In this document: piece after piece, positions 43,551-53,823 of the stretch
Layout of the letters: each line of letters starts with the position of its first letter
Numbering within the stretch: position 1 is the stretch's first letter
Assembly: GCA_963708295.1 (NCBI GenBank)
Contig: CAVPSJ010000004.1
Span: forward strand, 1,024,001-1,088,000
From: an uncultured delta proteobacterium
GTDB lineage: Bacteria; Desulfobacterota; BSN033; UBA1163
Reading direction: 5' to 3'
Length of the DNA: 64,000 bases
The notes under the pieces: generated by a model
The model's database searches: none
The model's input: the letters and a program-made list of their open reading frames with translations, nothing else
Told to the model about the DNA's origin: nothing
Translations under genes and position numbers: made by a program

Positions 43551-44140
43551 TACTTTGACTGTGCTGGTAACTTACGAAAACCATTTTTGTTTTTCTAAAG
43601 AATATAAACTACCACAAACGCTACACGAACGCTAATGGTGGAAGAGGTTTTCACAAAAGTCCCGAATTACTTTTGTAAAAAGACGAAATAAGTAATTGAA
43701 CTAGGTTGCCGAGGTCTCTGTTTCCCCTCCGGGTCAATAGACTCTCCGTTGTCGAGTCTATCAATAATTTTAGCAAGATAAGGTAAACCGGGAATGAGAT
43801 GCGCTTAAACACTTGAAGGGGCTGCGCGTTCAACTGCAGTTGGTGCAGCGGTTCTTTCACGCCGCAAAAAGAGTATATCTCGTGTCGAAATAAGGTGGTC
43901 TGGCGACCTCACGATGCGGTCATCGCCGATATCAGACAAGCACTCTCCTACGGATACGAGGCCATGTACACCGTTTTCGACCCCACCCCTGACAACCAGG
44001 ATTACTTTGTGGGGCTTTTCAGGCGCATTGAGGGGACTGGGCAGAAGCTTGGCTGGATGCATGAGGCCACCGGCGTGACCTCGAAAGAGTTTGCAGTTGG
44101 CGCGCCTCGTTTTGATGAAATAGGATAAGGGTTGAAATCG

Positions 44141-44491
44141 TTAACCCGATGAGATCAATTTCCTTACACCACACTTTAAGGTTATCTTATCAGGGTTGGA
44201 CGCCCAGGGCCAAAGAGAAGCGTACGTAAGGATATTACCCTCTTGCCTGTAGAAAAAGGATTGTTCATTTCGTAAACCACCGAAGGCATCAACTATCTTC
44301 TGAACTTCTTTCGGCAGATAGGCTTCTTTTCCGGGTTCCTTAACTGCCGGGCCTAAATATTGTTTTAATAAAGAATTGAGCAATTCAAGATCCTTCTCTT
44401 GAAGGACCCCTTCAAGATACTCCGATCCTCTCGAGTTGAGTCTGATTTCTATCAATAGGGTTTTCTTTATCTCTTCAATCATGTTCATCAT
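44141..44491 (-). CDS. Hypothetical protein
   Basis: Coding-like ORF with a distinctive YASLWPW motif. Confidence 0.65.
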   Translation of the reverse strand: MMNMIEEIKKTLLIEIRLNSRGSEYLEGVLQEKDLELLNSLLKQYLGPAVKEPGKEAYLPKEVQKIVDAFGGLRNEQSFFYRQEGNILTYASLWPWASNPDKITLKCGVRKLISSG

Positions 44492-44592
44492 TTTTGCCTT
44501 CACAGAAACTGCTTTGTGATCACCAACATTTTACCTGTTCAACACTCTCCCAGGATACACCTCCGAACGCCTCTCATGCTCCCGCCAATGTT

Positions 44593-44697
44593 TTATGTAT
44601 TGATAGCCTCGGCTATCGCTTTCGCCATCTTCTCGGTATTGCCCCTCCGACTCTAATAAAGGATCGGCACCTTTCTTGAAGATATCTTATCTTTCAT
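44593..44697 (-). pseudogene. Flavodoxin/WrbA N-terminal remnant
   Basis: KVPILY*SRRGNTEKMAKAIAEAI, the FMN phosphate-binding loop, with an internal stop. Confidence 0.7.
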
Positions 44698-44929
44698 CTC
44701 CGAGAATTTTGTTTATCAATCCTAATCTATTCAATCAGGGATAGGGTTGTCAATAAGAATCGGGGAGCAACATCCCCGACACAAATTACTTGATTGGAAA
44801 GGAATTTCCCCAAAATGGAAATTTGGTTCCGCTGATATCAGGATTTCATCATCAGGGTGCCGCATGAAGGATTTCTTAACCGGCTTAAAGTATTCACCCT
44901 TTCTGAAGGAGATCTAAACAAGAAGGGCA

Positions 44930-44944
44930 TGGCATGCGTCTTGC
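44930..44944 (+). promoter_or_regulatory. Sigma-54 promoter
   Basis: TGGCAT-GCGTC-TTGC, upstream of 45021. Confidence 0.7.
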
Positions 44945-45020
44945 TGAAGAATAACAACGCCATCTTCGGAGGCCGTATCTTGCCCGGCTCCGTCAGGTTG
45001 TTTTATTATGGGGATGGAGA

Positions 45021-45653
45021 ATGTCATTACCTATAGGTCACGCAACAATCGGTTTTACTGTCTACAGTTTATTTTGCAGGAATGGATCAAGTTTCGGGCG
45101 ATGGAAGGTTCCACTCGGAATTCTCATTCTTTCCAACCTGCCTGATGTAGACGTTATCCTCGGGATTGTTCTACAAGGAAACGGGAGCGCCTTCCATCGA
45201 GGCCCCACTCACAGCCTGACATTTGCACTCCTTGCCGGATTTCTGGCATCCAGGGTCTGGGACATGCGGTCACAATGGCCGAGGTTGAGCTTCAGAACCT
45301 GCTTCGCACTCATTCTATCGCACATTCTAGCAGACGCTGTTTTCACGAGTTCGCCAGTTTCGTTCTTCTGGCCTGTTAGGGTAAATTGGAGTGGTGGCCA
45401 TAGCGGGTTGAGGCATGTTATCAGTTCAGTTTTATTCGGAAACTATCAAGATGTGACAATCATTTTCGGATGTGCATTCCTTATCCTTCTTCATCGGGCG
45501 CTTTCGGCTCGATTGGGTCGATCACTCGTCCCATGGGACCCTCGCTTCCGATCCTTTACCTCAGGAACCACGTACCCCAAGGTTCCTGTAAAGAACGCTC
45601 TGCATGAACGTCCGTTTCGTCCTCTTTTTCTTCTTTGGACTCTTCCGACATAA
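45021..45653 (+). CDS. Membrane metal-dependent hydrolase (YdjM/YbcI-like)
   Basis: GH, LPDVD, HRGPTHSL, SHILAD, FWP. Confidence 0.88.
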   Translation: MSLPIGHATIGFTVYSLFCRNGSSFGRWKVPLGILILSNLPDVDVILGIVLQGNGSAFHRGPTHSLTFALLAGFLASRVWDMRSQWPRLSFRTCFALILSHILADAVFTSSPVSFFWPVRVNWSGGHSGLRHVISSVLFGNYQDVTIIFGCAFLILLHRALSARLGRSLVPWDPRFRSFTSGTTYPKVPVKNALHERPFRPLFLLWTLPT

Positions 45654-45789
45654 GTCACCCCCTCCATCCTGATAAAGGTGGGTAACGGTAAATCATTCGA
45701 TTCCCATGATCGAGATGAGGGTATACCCCAGCCGGAATGATTGTCATCAAGCTGCCCAATAATGCTCCTATCGAAATTCGTCCTGTCAA

Positions 45790-46236
45790 TTACTGAACCT
45801 TGGTGAAAGTTCCGTCTTTTTTCATAGTGTATATTCCTGGTTTCAATCCAAACGTTTCATTGGAGAATACCTGCTGCGAAACCCCAACGCCTCCCGCTTT
45901 GGCCCCCAGTTCCCCCATGCCCTTTGCAAAAGTCAAAAAAGACGTGGTATCCTGGTTTGAGACGATGCCCGTCAGCATCCCTTCTGTCATTTCCACTTTA
46001 AAGTCATGTTTGGCTAATATCGTGAGAGGCTTTATGTCGTAGGCCTTCTCAAAGTCAGGTGCGGATACCAGCCAACTCGATTTCTCACCGACAAACAAAT
46101 ACATTTTAGGCGGATATACTCTAACGCCATCGGGTTTATTGTTGAGATCTGCGTTCTGGGTTTGAATCGTCGCGCAAGCAGGCACCACTAAAAGAAACGA
46201 AACAACCATAAACCAATGAATAGCCTTTGTCATCAT
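45790..46236 (-). CDS. Hypothetical lipoprotein
   Basis: AAGGAGG RBS; lipobox VPAC. Confidence 0.75.
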   Translation of the reverse strand: MMTKAIHWFMVVSFLLVVPACATIQTQNADLNNKPDGVRVYPPKMYLFVGEKSSWLVSAPDFEKAYDIKPLTILAKHDFKVEMTEGMLTGIVSNQDTTSFLTFAKGMGELGAKAGGVGVSQQVFSNETFGLKPGIYTMKKDGTFTKVQ

Positions 46237-46334
46237 ATCCTCCTTTCTCTTTTCCACCCTCCCCTCCATCAGGTCTAAGGACAGGGGTAGTTGTATAACG
46301 AAACAATCTCTTTTTTTAGTGATTCCATCAATAG

Positions 46335-47285
46335 CTAGAAAACTCTTAATGGGAACTTGGGCTCGATTTCTGCTAAATGTTTGATCGCTGGCTCCAGGGG
46401 TTGAAACCAGGCCCATCCTGCGGGTGATCGCGCCACGATGAGACCGATTGCCTTGGTTTCAGCATAGACAATGCCTCCCGAATCTCCATGTTGCACCGGC
46501 CTGTCAATGACAAAGACGTTACGGAGCGTATACCATCGGTTATTGAGCAACACTTTCACGGCACCGGCGTACGAATGGATATGCCCCTGAAGCAGCCCGG
46601 ACACCCCCAGCATACATTTTACAGACAAGAATGTGTCCAATTGGCTTTGAGGCAGGAAGTCATCCAGCTGAATATTATCTTGAATAATAAATCTATCACG
46701 TTCATCGGATAAGGCATCATCGACCCGGGCAATTGCAATGTCATATTCCATCGCTCCATGGTCATGGGTAGAGTTTTTAAGAGTCGTTGCCCTCAGGGGC
46801 TCGCCACTTTGGCGGTGAATCCGAAGTTCCTGGTTTATAGGTGGGGAATACGCTATATCTCCCGCTACATGGGCACAGGTAAGCGAGAAGAATCGGTTGT
46901 CTCCCGCCACCTTGTTCCGGAAAATTAGGGTAATGGTGCCTTGTTCATTCGGCGCCTGGGTTACCGAGCCTCCACCGCAAGAGAACTCGACGACACCCAC
47001 TTCGATAACATCCGTCTTGATCCGGACGGAGCGATCTACTCCACCGCCTTTTTTTCTACCGCATAGAAAGACGGGTAAGGCTTTATTTGAGGGTAACCCG
47101 CGTAGCTTTTGCACGACAAAAAACTGAATACACACGTCTTCGGTGGGTTGTCCACCACGAAATTTCGTTCCGGCAGAGACGCCCACGACACCGGGACGTT
47201 TCAGATAAATTCGCTCAGCGGCATCCCGTACCCGATCGAGCAACTCCCTCCTTTTTTCCGGATCATTCGCGCTTCGCCGTTTCAT
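46335..47285 (-). CDS. Trypsin-like serine protease with an N-terminal Nal1-like domain
   Basis: LTCAHV (His), YDIA (Asp), GDSGG (Ser); N-terminal GVVGV..G.K...IKTDVIEVG; no signal peptide. Confidence 0.8.
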   Translation of the reverse strand: MKRRSANDPEKRRELLDRVRDAAERIYLKRPGVVGVSAGTKFRGGQPTEDVCIQFFVVQKLRGLPSNKALPVFLCGRKKGGGVDRSVRIKTDVIEVGVVEFSCGGGSVTQAPNEQGTITLIFRNKVAGDNRFFSLTCAHVAGDIAYSPPINQELRIHRQSGEPLRATTLKNSTHDHGAMEYDIAIARVDDALSDERDRFIIQDNIQLDDFLPQSQLDTFLSVKCMLGVSGLLQGHIHSYAGAVKVLLNNRWYTLRNVFVIDRPVQHGDSGGIVYAETKAIGLIVARSPAGWAWFQPLEPAIKHLAEIEPKFPLRVF

Positions 47286-47561
47286 GCTATTCTAGAGGTA
47301 TATCTGGGCAGCCTTCATCAGTCCTTAATCATAGGAAGGCCCTTAAATCCTAAGAAGTCAGATAGAGATACAGGTCTAACTTTTTGACGAGGAGTCAGAA
47401 TTTTGATAGGGAAAACTTTAAAGACCTTTCTCCATCCCCCACCCCCCTCCGGGGGGAGAAAGTCTTGTTGAGATTGTTGGGTTAATGATAAAGGAGACAA
47501 AGCAATTGTCAACGAAAAAATAGGATTGTGAAAAGAATCTTTTTACTTACAAATTTGTGAA

Positions 47562-47714
47562 GCTTGCCGCCCACCCCGTTAAGACGGGGCAGGTACGGTG
47601 GGGCCGTTCGACAGAGCTCACGGCCCTGAGTATGTCGAATGGGCTTCCCGGCAAGGAAGTTTCGTTGATATTGTGCCCCTTGACCCCGCCTACAAGGCAG
47701 GGGTGCCGAGACAC
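47562..47714. repeat. Composite REP-like repeat cluster
   Basis: ccccgttaagacgggg, ttcgacagagctca...tgagtatgtcgaa, accccgcctacaaggcaggggt hairpins. Confidence 0.6.
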
Positions 47715-48297
47715 AATCCGGCCAGACACGGAGAGACAAGCAACGGGTGAGGAGCCAGCGCGGTCATTGGGTGTCTCCACATCTGCCATTTCCAAGATTC
47801 TGCATAGAATAGATCGAGACAGAAGGGTCCAACTTTTGTTGCGCTATCAACTTCTCTGCCAAAACTTAGTTGACTGATTATGAAAAGATGGACAGGAATA
47901 TGAACATCTTCCCATCTTCCTTTTCCATTCATTTCGTGAACGCAACCTCGAAATGGCACATCGCTGTTCCCATATCGACATCCTGCAAACTCACATCTGG
48001 GTATAATTTCGCTAACCCCGGTGTTCTGCTGATGTAAAATTGATAAATATCGATTTCGTACATTTTTCTAAATAGATTCACGACGGAGAGACAATTTTGT
48101 AACCCTAACAAGCCTCCCAATCAAGAAATAATTCGAAAGATAGATTAACTTCCAAATGGTTATCGATTCTTGACTACCTGGCATCATCCTTGCTGCGGAA
48201 TAGTGTTAAAAAAGAGACGCACAGGTCTAAACGACGACAAACCGGAGGCACACCACTGTGAAAGGTGGATCTGAGCAGACCAATGAGGAGGTGGACC

Positions 48298-49152
48298 ATG
48301 GAGAGAGGGAGCTTACATGGATATGCGGCAAACTTAGAACGAACCATGGAGACTATGCATTTGGACCTTGGGGAGGCAATGTATGAACTGCAGGAGTTAT
48401 GCTCACTTATCACCCTAGAGAGGAATGTTCCAGCGGAAACCATCACTGATATTCGCCAAATGTATAAACGAATTCAGGACCAACTCATAAAGATCAGGGG
48501 AGTCAAACAACTCCAGGAGGGAAAATACAGGCAGTACTATCACCGGGACTCTCAGCGAGAAAGAGAGATCACCGAATTTGCATTTTTGGCCAAGAGCTTG
48601 TATTCGAAATTCGAATCCATGTTACAGGAGGTAGGGGCAAAGAGAAAGCTAAGAGATGGGGAAGCAGAATCTAGAGAGGTTCCTCAGCATATCCCGGTTC
48701 AATGGTTCCAATCTAAAGGGAATCAGGTCATGCTTTTAAGAAACCTAAGGGATCTGTACGAACTGAACTATGGAGCCCAGCTTGGCTTGGAGGGAGAGCA
48801 GAGACGAGAGATCATTCGGAATGGGATGCGGAGTATCTCCCTCTTTGCCATGTCAGGAGAGGCGGCATTGATTGACCATCTTCAATCCCGCATGCGATTG
48901 CGAGAATATGATATCAAAGAGCGTTTTGCAAAAGACGAGTGCCGTGGGGCTTTAACCCATTTGAAGGAAATATCTCTTCTAGATGTAGAAAGGGTAATTA
49001 GGCGTTTCACGGGCAGCATTGGCTTTTCAAAAGTGAAATGTTTGCTTCTCAGAATTCAATCTCAGAAGGATCTCGAAAAAGAAATTATAGGGTCAATAGA
49101 GAACATTTTACGCGTGACGGAGGTGGGAGAGATGAGAACGCTATCAGTATGA
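48298..49152 (+). CDS. Hypothetical protein (N-terminal helical/coiled-coil region)
   Basis: GAGGAGG RBS; 284-aa ORF. Confidence 0.75.
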   Translation: MERGSLHGYAANLERTMETMHLDLGEAMYELQELCSLITLERNVPAETITDIRQMYKRIQDQLIKIRGVKQLQEGKYRQYYHRDSQREREITEFAFLAKSLYSKFESMLQEVGAKRKLRDGEAESREVPQHIPVQWFQSKGNQVMLLRNLRDLYELNYGAQLGLEGEQRREIIRNGMRSISLFAMSGEAALIDHLQSRMRLREYDIKERFAKDECRGALTHLKEISLLDVERVIRRFTGSIGFSKVKCLLLRIQSQKDLEKEIIGSIENILRVTEVGEMRTLSV

Positions 49153-49224
49153 AAACCGCTTCCCCCGAGAAGTGTCACTCTACACGTATTTAGAACAGAG
49201 ATTGCCTATTGGAATGGATTGGAA

Positions 49225-49439
49225 TGGAGAGAATAGCCGTGGAGGTCAAGGGAACAGCGATCATAACCATACCCCTCTCCATAAAGGGACGTTTTTGCGA
49301 GGCAGGATTAAAACAATGGATAGGCGCCCTGACGCCGGAGGCCCGTGAGGTTTATCCAGCCTCGGTCTTGGCGAGATCCTGGTATCCCCTGAAAGAGTTC
49401 TTAATCCAACCGCTTCGCAGGATGTGCAACCTAAAATGA
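49225..49439 (+). pseudogene. Truncated hypothetical protein (EVKGT...SWYP family)
   Basis: Resembles the N-terminus of DUF2378-like proteins and ends abruptly. Confidence 0.4.
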
Positions 49440-49685
49440 CTGGTCGAAGAGCCCGGGAAGTAACCTCGCATCCTAGATTCAGTGGCTGCCTAAGAAATGG
49501 GCAGATAGATCAGGTCAGTGGTATCGGAACACACCCCAGAGGCTTACGGTTTCTTTTCAAAAGCTGTAGGGGCATCGTTTTATCCTTCCGTGTAGACGCC
49601 TCTCCCAGAAAATCCCCGCTGAAGACTTCACAAGTCCTCAGTCCAGCATAGGGCATGTCGTTACGTATAGCGGGATGAAAGAGTT

Positions 49686-49743
49686 GAATAACGTTTTAGA
49701 TCAGTGGTGGCTGCACGCCGTCCGCTGGAGTGATTTGCTAGGC
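49686..49743 (-). other. attC site
   Basis: Minus strand GCCTAGC-AAATCACTCCAGCGGACGGC...GCCACCACTGATCTAAAAC-GTTATTC; 58 bp. Confidence 0.8.
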
Positions 49744-49798
49744 GCTCTTTTAGTAAAAATTGCTCTGAGTAAACATTTATCGCATGAGGAAAGCTGCC

Positions 49799-50998
49799 CT
49801 ACCTTATCTTACTAATACGGATCTTATACGAGTCACCTATCTTTTCGATGATCTTGATCTCGATGTTGTTCTTCTTGTCCATGAACTCTCCCTTCCCCGG
49901 CAGGTCGAAGGCAGCACCCTGGAGATTGGGGACAGAGGGGTCTGCACTTATCAGTTTGACCGGTGATTTCCCGTATCTGCATTCTTCAATACTATCGTCC
50001 GCATACATGATCAGAACACCTTTGCCGGGAAGGTAGGGGTCAAAACTGCCAATTGGCTGCCGGTTCTCGACGAGATAAAATTTCGACTCTGTAAGTGGGA
50101 TTTTTATCACGAGCGTTTCTGATGATCCGTCTTCGAGTGGGCCGAGCACAACTTCGCTTACCTTCTTTGGATCCACCACCCGTACCTTTTCTTGGGCAGT
50201 CCAGCCGAGTCTCAACTTAGTCCATGATGATATGCCCGGCGGCGGAATATTCCGCTTGTAGAAATGGCAGGAAAGTGGATCCCAGTAACCCATATTGATT
50301 AGCGCGTCTGCAAAGCCGGTATCTTGTGTGGGATGTTTTGACTGAATGTCATGGTCGTAGAGGCAGGGTAATACTCTTTTTCCAGCACTCACTCCACCCC
50401 AGATATGGGCTATATCATGAAAAAGTGTGCCAAGGTGTGCCTGATAAGTGAAGATCGCAACTCCACCTGGAACAATCTGTCCGCTTTTGGTCTTAAATAT
50501 AATATCCTGTTTCCACCCGAGCATACCCGGAAATCCACAGAGTCCTACCATACCGTATTCTCTGAACTGAGCACCGAGAAACAGGACAACGAAGGAATAC
50601 CTGGAAAAATCATTCTTTTCATCTGCGGCATCAATGGCATTCTGTATAAGTCTTACGACCCGTGACTTGTCGACTTGTAGATTGGCTGGAGAGATAGCGT
50701 ACCGCTTAACGGAATCAGGGAGTCGATGCCACCCTGTGATATCGAAGTCAGTGCATACCTTCCCGTAAGACATTTCGCGTACATAAAAGTCAAGTTTTTT
50801 GAAACGCTCCCTGACAAAGTCTTCATTTACCGGAGGGACAATGTTCGGAAACTCGACAAGAATGACTAGCCCCTTCCTCCTTTCACAAACATCTCCACGT
50901 TGTTCCTTCGGATGGGCACTCACTGTGGGAAAAATTAGCCAAACTATAGCGGCGACAATGAGGCTGGCTATCGCCCTTCTTCTCCGATGGAATTTCAT
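49799..50998 (-). CDS. Secreted M6 (immune inhibitor A-like) metalloprotease-family protein (gene cassette)
   Basis: LVILVEFP, YVREMSYGK, HDIAH, SWTKLRLGW, YLVENRQ, GVLI. Confidence 0.8.
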   Translation of the reverse strand: MKFHRRRRAIASLIVAAIVWLIFPTVSAHPKEQRGDVCERRKGLVILVEFPNIVPPVNEDFVRERFKKLDFYVREMSYGKVCTDFDITGWHRLPDSVKRYAISPANLQVDKSRVVRLIQNAIDAADEKNDFSRYSFVVLFLGAQFREYGMVGLCGFPGMLGWKQDIIFKTKSGQIVPGGVAIFTYQAHLGTLFHDIAHIWGGVSAGKRVLPCLYDHDIQSKHPTQDTGFADALINMGYWDPLSCHFYKRNIPPPGISSWTKLRLGWTAQEKVRVVDPKKVSEVVLGPLEDGSSETLVIKIPLTESKFYLVENRQPIGSFDPYLPGKGVLIMYADDSIEECRYGKSPVKLISADPSVPNLQGAAFDLPGKGEFMDKKNNIEIKIIEKIGDSYKIRISKIR

Positions 50999-51282
50999 GT
51001 CAATTTCTCCTTACTTCTCTTTTTCGCCTACCAGATATTAGACCTAAGAATAATATCTATTATACAATGCCTAGGTTTCGGATAACCTGCTAACATTTAA
51101 AGGATTTCTGTGGCGAAAAACATGGATATCCCCAAATCCAAAGGGCGCGATGGTTTTTTGGGAAGCTTACCAGGCATCCGCGGAGGAAAACAGGGTTCGA
51201 CCCGACCGTTCCCAATTCTCCGTGAACTGGGCAAGCGACTTTGCCAATTTCCGGAGTGCCTTCGTGATCCATTTGCAGTAGT

Positions 51283-51310
51283 AATATACACCTTTTCCTT
51301 TCTTTGTCAA
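51283..51310 (-). promoter_or_regulatory. Sigma-70-type promoter module facing the M6 cassette
   Basis: TTGACA-N16-TATATT; the -10 region is repeated at 52512-52538. Confidence 0.55.
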
Positions 51311-51457
51311 AGTGAAGAGTTCAGGATCAGGAAGTACTAAATGAAATTTCCTTTTCGAGGTTTTTGGAGCAGGTTGATAGTAAGAGTTGGCGGCTTCACC
51401 TAGAAGTCATTACGGACAACCATCGTCAGAAATCGAAGATTACGAGGTTGAAAGCGT

Positions 51458-51517
51458 GTATAACGATCAAACTCAGCCGTCGCTGTACGCAGATCGGCCT
51501 GAAGCGACATGTTGGGC
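51458..51517 (-). other. attC site
   Basis: Minus strand GCCCAAC-ATGTCGCTTCAGGCCGA...CGGCTGAGTTTGATC-GTTATAC; canonical R''/R', 60 bp. Confidence 0.88.
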
Positions 51518-52450
51518 GGCACCCGAGTCGGTCCAGGGAAGTTTCATTAGATCGAGCAAGGCGCGCCCCAAGAGGCCGTAGGGATTGGCGAGCGTCTCGA
51601 GCATCTCGAAGTGATTGTAGCCCTCGCCGACGAGGAGTTGCACCAGCTTCCCTGCCGCTTTTAGCGCCACGGCAAAATCACGCGACTGGCGCTGGAACTC
51701 CGGTGTCTCGAACGTTCCGTAGGCCACGATTACCGGGCAGTTGAGCTTGTCAAGATGACGCTGTGGGCTTAACGCCTGCTCTATCTGGTCGGTGAACTTG
51801 ACGTAGCTGCTGCGCGCCGAGAGGCGCACCGGCTTCAGATCGAACATGCCGCTGCAGCATAACCCGCCCTTCACGGTGTCGGCTGGGAGGTTAAAGTCCT
51901 TCGTCCAGTCGGTGGTGAGGACCACGCCTGTGAGATGCCCGCCCGAAGAGAAGCCGGAAACGTAAAGGCGGTTGGGATCCCCGCCGAAGGTCCGGGCATT
52001 GCGATGCACCCAGGCAACCGCGCGGCGTACCTGATCGGCCATCGACATAAGGCTCCCGCCTGCGTCCTGCACCGTTGTGAAATCGAGCACCACGTAATGC
52101 GCGCCCGCGTGCACAAATAATTCCGCTGGGAAAGCGTAGTCCTTGGCAAGACCGCCACGCCAGGCGCCGCCGTGGATAAAGACGTTGATTGGTGCGTCGG
52201 GGCGCGTCGTCGTGTAGACGTCGAGTGCCTCGATTGGCGTCGGACCATAAGCGTAGCGCCGCGGCGGACCGATCCGCGCGCGTGTCGCCTCGCTGTTCGT
52301 TTCGTAGCGGTCCGTGATTTGCTGCTGGTTAGGCGCGTACACACTCTGGTCGTAGGCATCGTCGAGCTCTTTCTGGTCCATGTCGAGCCACACGCGCGGT
52401 CCCTTAACACGAGGCGCTTGCTGGGTCAGCACCGGTTGCTTCGGAGACAT
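51473..52450 (-). CDS. Alpha/beta hydrolase (arylformamidase-like) running into attC
   Basis: FIHGGAW, GFSSGG nucleophile motif, NHFE; higher GC than flanks. Confidence 0.9.
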   Translation of the reverse strand: MSPKQPVLTQQAPRVKGPRVWLDMDQKELDDAYDQSVYAPNQQQITDRYETNSEATRARIGPPRRYAYGPTPIEALDVYTTTRPDAPINVFIHGGAWRGGLAKDYAFPAELFVHAGAHYVVLDFTTVQDAGGSLMSMADQVRRAVAWVHRNARTFGGDPNRLYVSGFSSGGHLTGVVLTTDWTKDFNLPADTVKGGLCCSGMFDLKPVRLSARSSYVKFTDQIEQALSPQRHLDKLNCPVIVAYGTFETPEFQRQSRDFAVALKAAGKLVQLLVGEGYNHFEMLETLANPYGLLGRALLDLMKLPWTDSGAAQHVASGRSAYSDG

Positions 52451-52670
52451 TCACCTCCTCCTTTCTTCATTAATGAATTATTCTCTGGGGCCGAGACCTA
52501 TCCGCACCGTTCATTTGCGGTTGTAATATACACCTTTTTGCAAAAACGGCCCGTTGATTTCGATGTGAAATATTTCAATAAAAACGAAACACGCTAAACC
52601 GCTCATACAGGAAGGAATGAAGAGATTTAAGAAAACGAGGATGTCTTTACCGTAGTTGTTAACTCCTGTC

Positions 52671-53138
52671 TTAGATCACCTGGAAGAGATAAATGCACGC
52701 TAAATGATATGCCGACAAAACGATGTAGATCGCGGCTGAGACATGCATACCATAAATGCCGATTTTAAAATTCTGGTGAGCGGCAAGAAAACAAGCTATT
52801 AATCCGATACCCAGGGATTTGATGATCATTACAGACTGAAAACCATTCTGGATGATCTGATCCATCAATGGGTTTAATTCGGATCCCCCATTTTCCAGGT
52901 GAATGGTCGTAAAGACAGCATCTAAGGTCGAAAGGACAAAAATTATAAACGTTACAACGATCGTGCGAGGCGAAGGTCGATCCACGTACTGATTGCGTTC
53001 CTCCCCGTCCCTGCGAAAGTTTTTCCTCTGCCCCCCGTATTTAAAAACGGATCGGAGGGACGTCGGATGCGACCGCCTGTCTTGAATGACTCTCTGGTCC
53101 GGGAATCGTGTGTTGAAGAATGAATTCATGGAAATCAT
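52671..53138 (-). CDS. DUF5658-like membrane protein
   Basis: LSTLDAVFT, ELNPLM, IKSLG; N-terminal DRR and YVDR motifs. Confidence 0.78.
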   Translation of the reverse strand: MISMNSFFNTRFPDQRVIQDRRSHPTSLRSVFKYGGQRKNFRRDGEERNQYVDRPSPRTIVVTFIIFVLSTLDAVFTTIHLENGGSELNPLMDQIIQNGFQSVMIIKSLGIGLIACFLAAHQNFKIGIYGMHVSAAIYIVLSAYHLACIYLFQVI

Positions 53139-53183
53139 TCCATCCTACTTTATTTTAAAACGTTATCTCCACGTTTGAAAGCA

Positions 53184-53570
53184 TTACATGTCCGAAAGGG
53201 TACAATCAGGAAGGATTCTCACTCGACAATTTTGATTCGCATCAAGAGACTTGCAAACATCATACGTCGGATTCGTGGGGCAATACTCTGTCTTGCAGGT
53301 CATGTCTCTATAAATCACAAGGGACTCTTTCGATTTTACAACAAGCAGGTGACCATGGTTCCAGAGAGTGCAAGGGCCGCCGTCCCGTATCACCCACACA
53401 TCCAGCATCGTCTGATTCCCGACGGTGATACCCGTCTCACGGCAGGAGTCTTCCTGTGCCAGGGCCGATGGCGGAAAGAAAGTCAGGACAATCACCATAA
53501 GAGCGGGAAGGATAGCCTGAAATGGAATGTTTTTGATGATGAACCGAGTTGACGGGATCATCCCTTTCAT
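53184..53570 (-). CDS. Secreted Cys-rich hypothetical protein
   Basis: Signal peptide ending ALA; seven Cys in the mature part. Confidence 0.7.
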   Translation of the reverse strand: MKGMIPSTRFIIKNIPFQAILPALMVIVLTFFPPSALAQEDSCRETGITVGNQTMLDVWVIRDGGPCTLWNHGHLLVVKSKESLVIYRDMTCKTEYCPTNPTYDVCKSLDANQNCRVRILPDCTLSDM

Positions 53571-53823
53571 CTTTGTAACCTCCGTAGGTCCTTAACTTTT
53601 TCCCTATAAAACTTTACCAAATTGCGGGGGAGGATTCAACCGAAATTTAATGTCGAGATGATCTGGGGGTTGATGATGACCGATGAAATAAACATAAAGG
53701 GCAAGACCGTTTCTGACCTTGCCCTTGAGCTCATTTCATCCTTCCTCCCAGCGACCCTACCAAAAACAGATTGGAGATTAGTACCCCAATATATTAAATT
53801 CATACCTTATAGAAAGAGAAGAG

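Noticed and set aside
43805-44128. Coding-like fragment (VWRPHDAVIADIRQALSYGY...)
   Set aside because: It appears frameshifted and truncated, and I cannot assign a family.
45755-45780. Additional attI-like junction (minus strand ...AGCATT-ATTGGGC)
   Set aside because: It lacks the GTCTA box, and no cassette or attC follows.
51090-51340. Integron integrase remnant beside the cassettes
   Set aside because: No tyrosine-recombinase motifs (R..HxxR..Y) in the frames examined.
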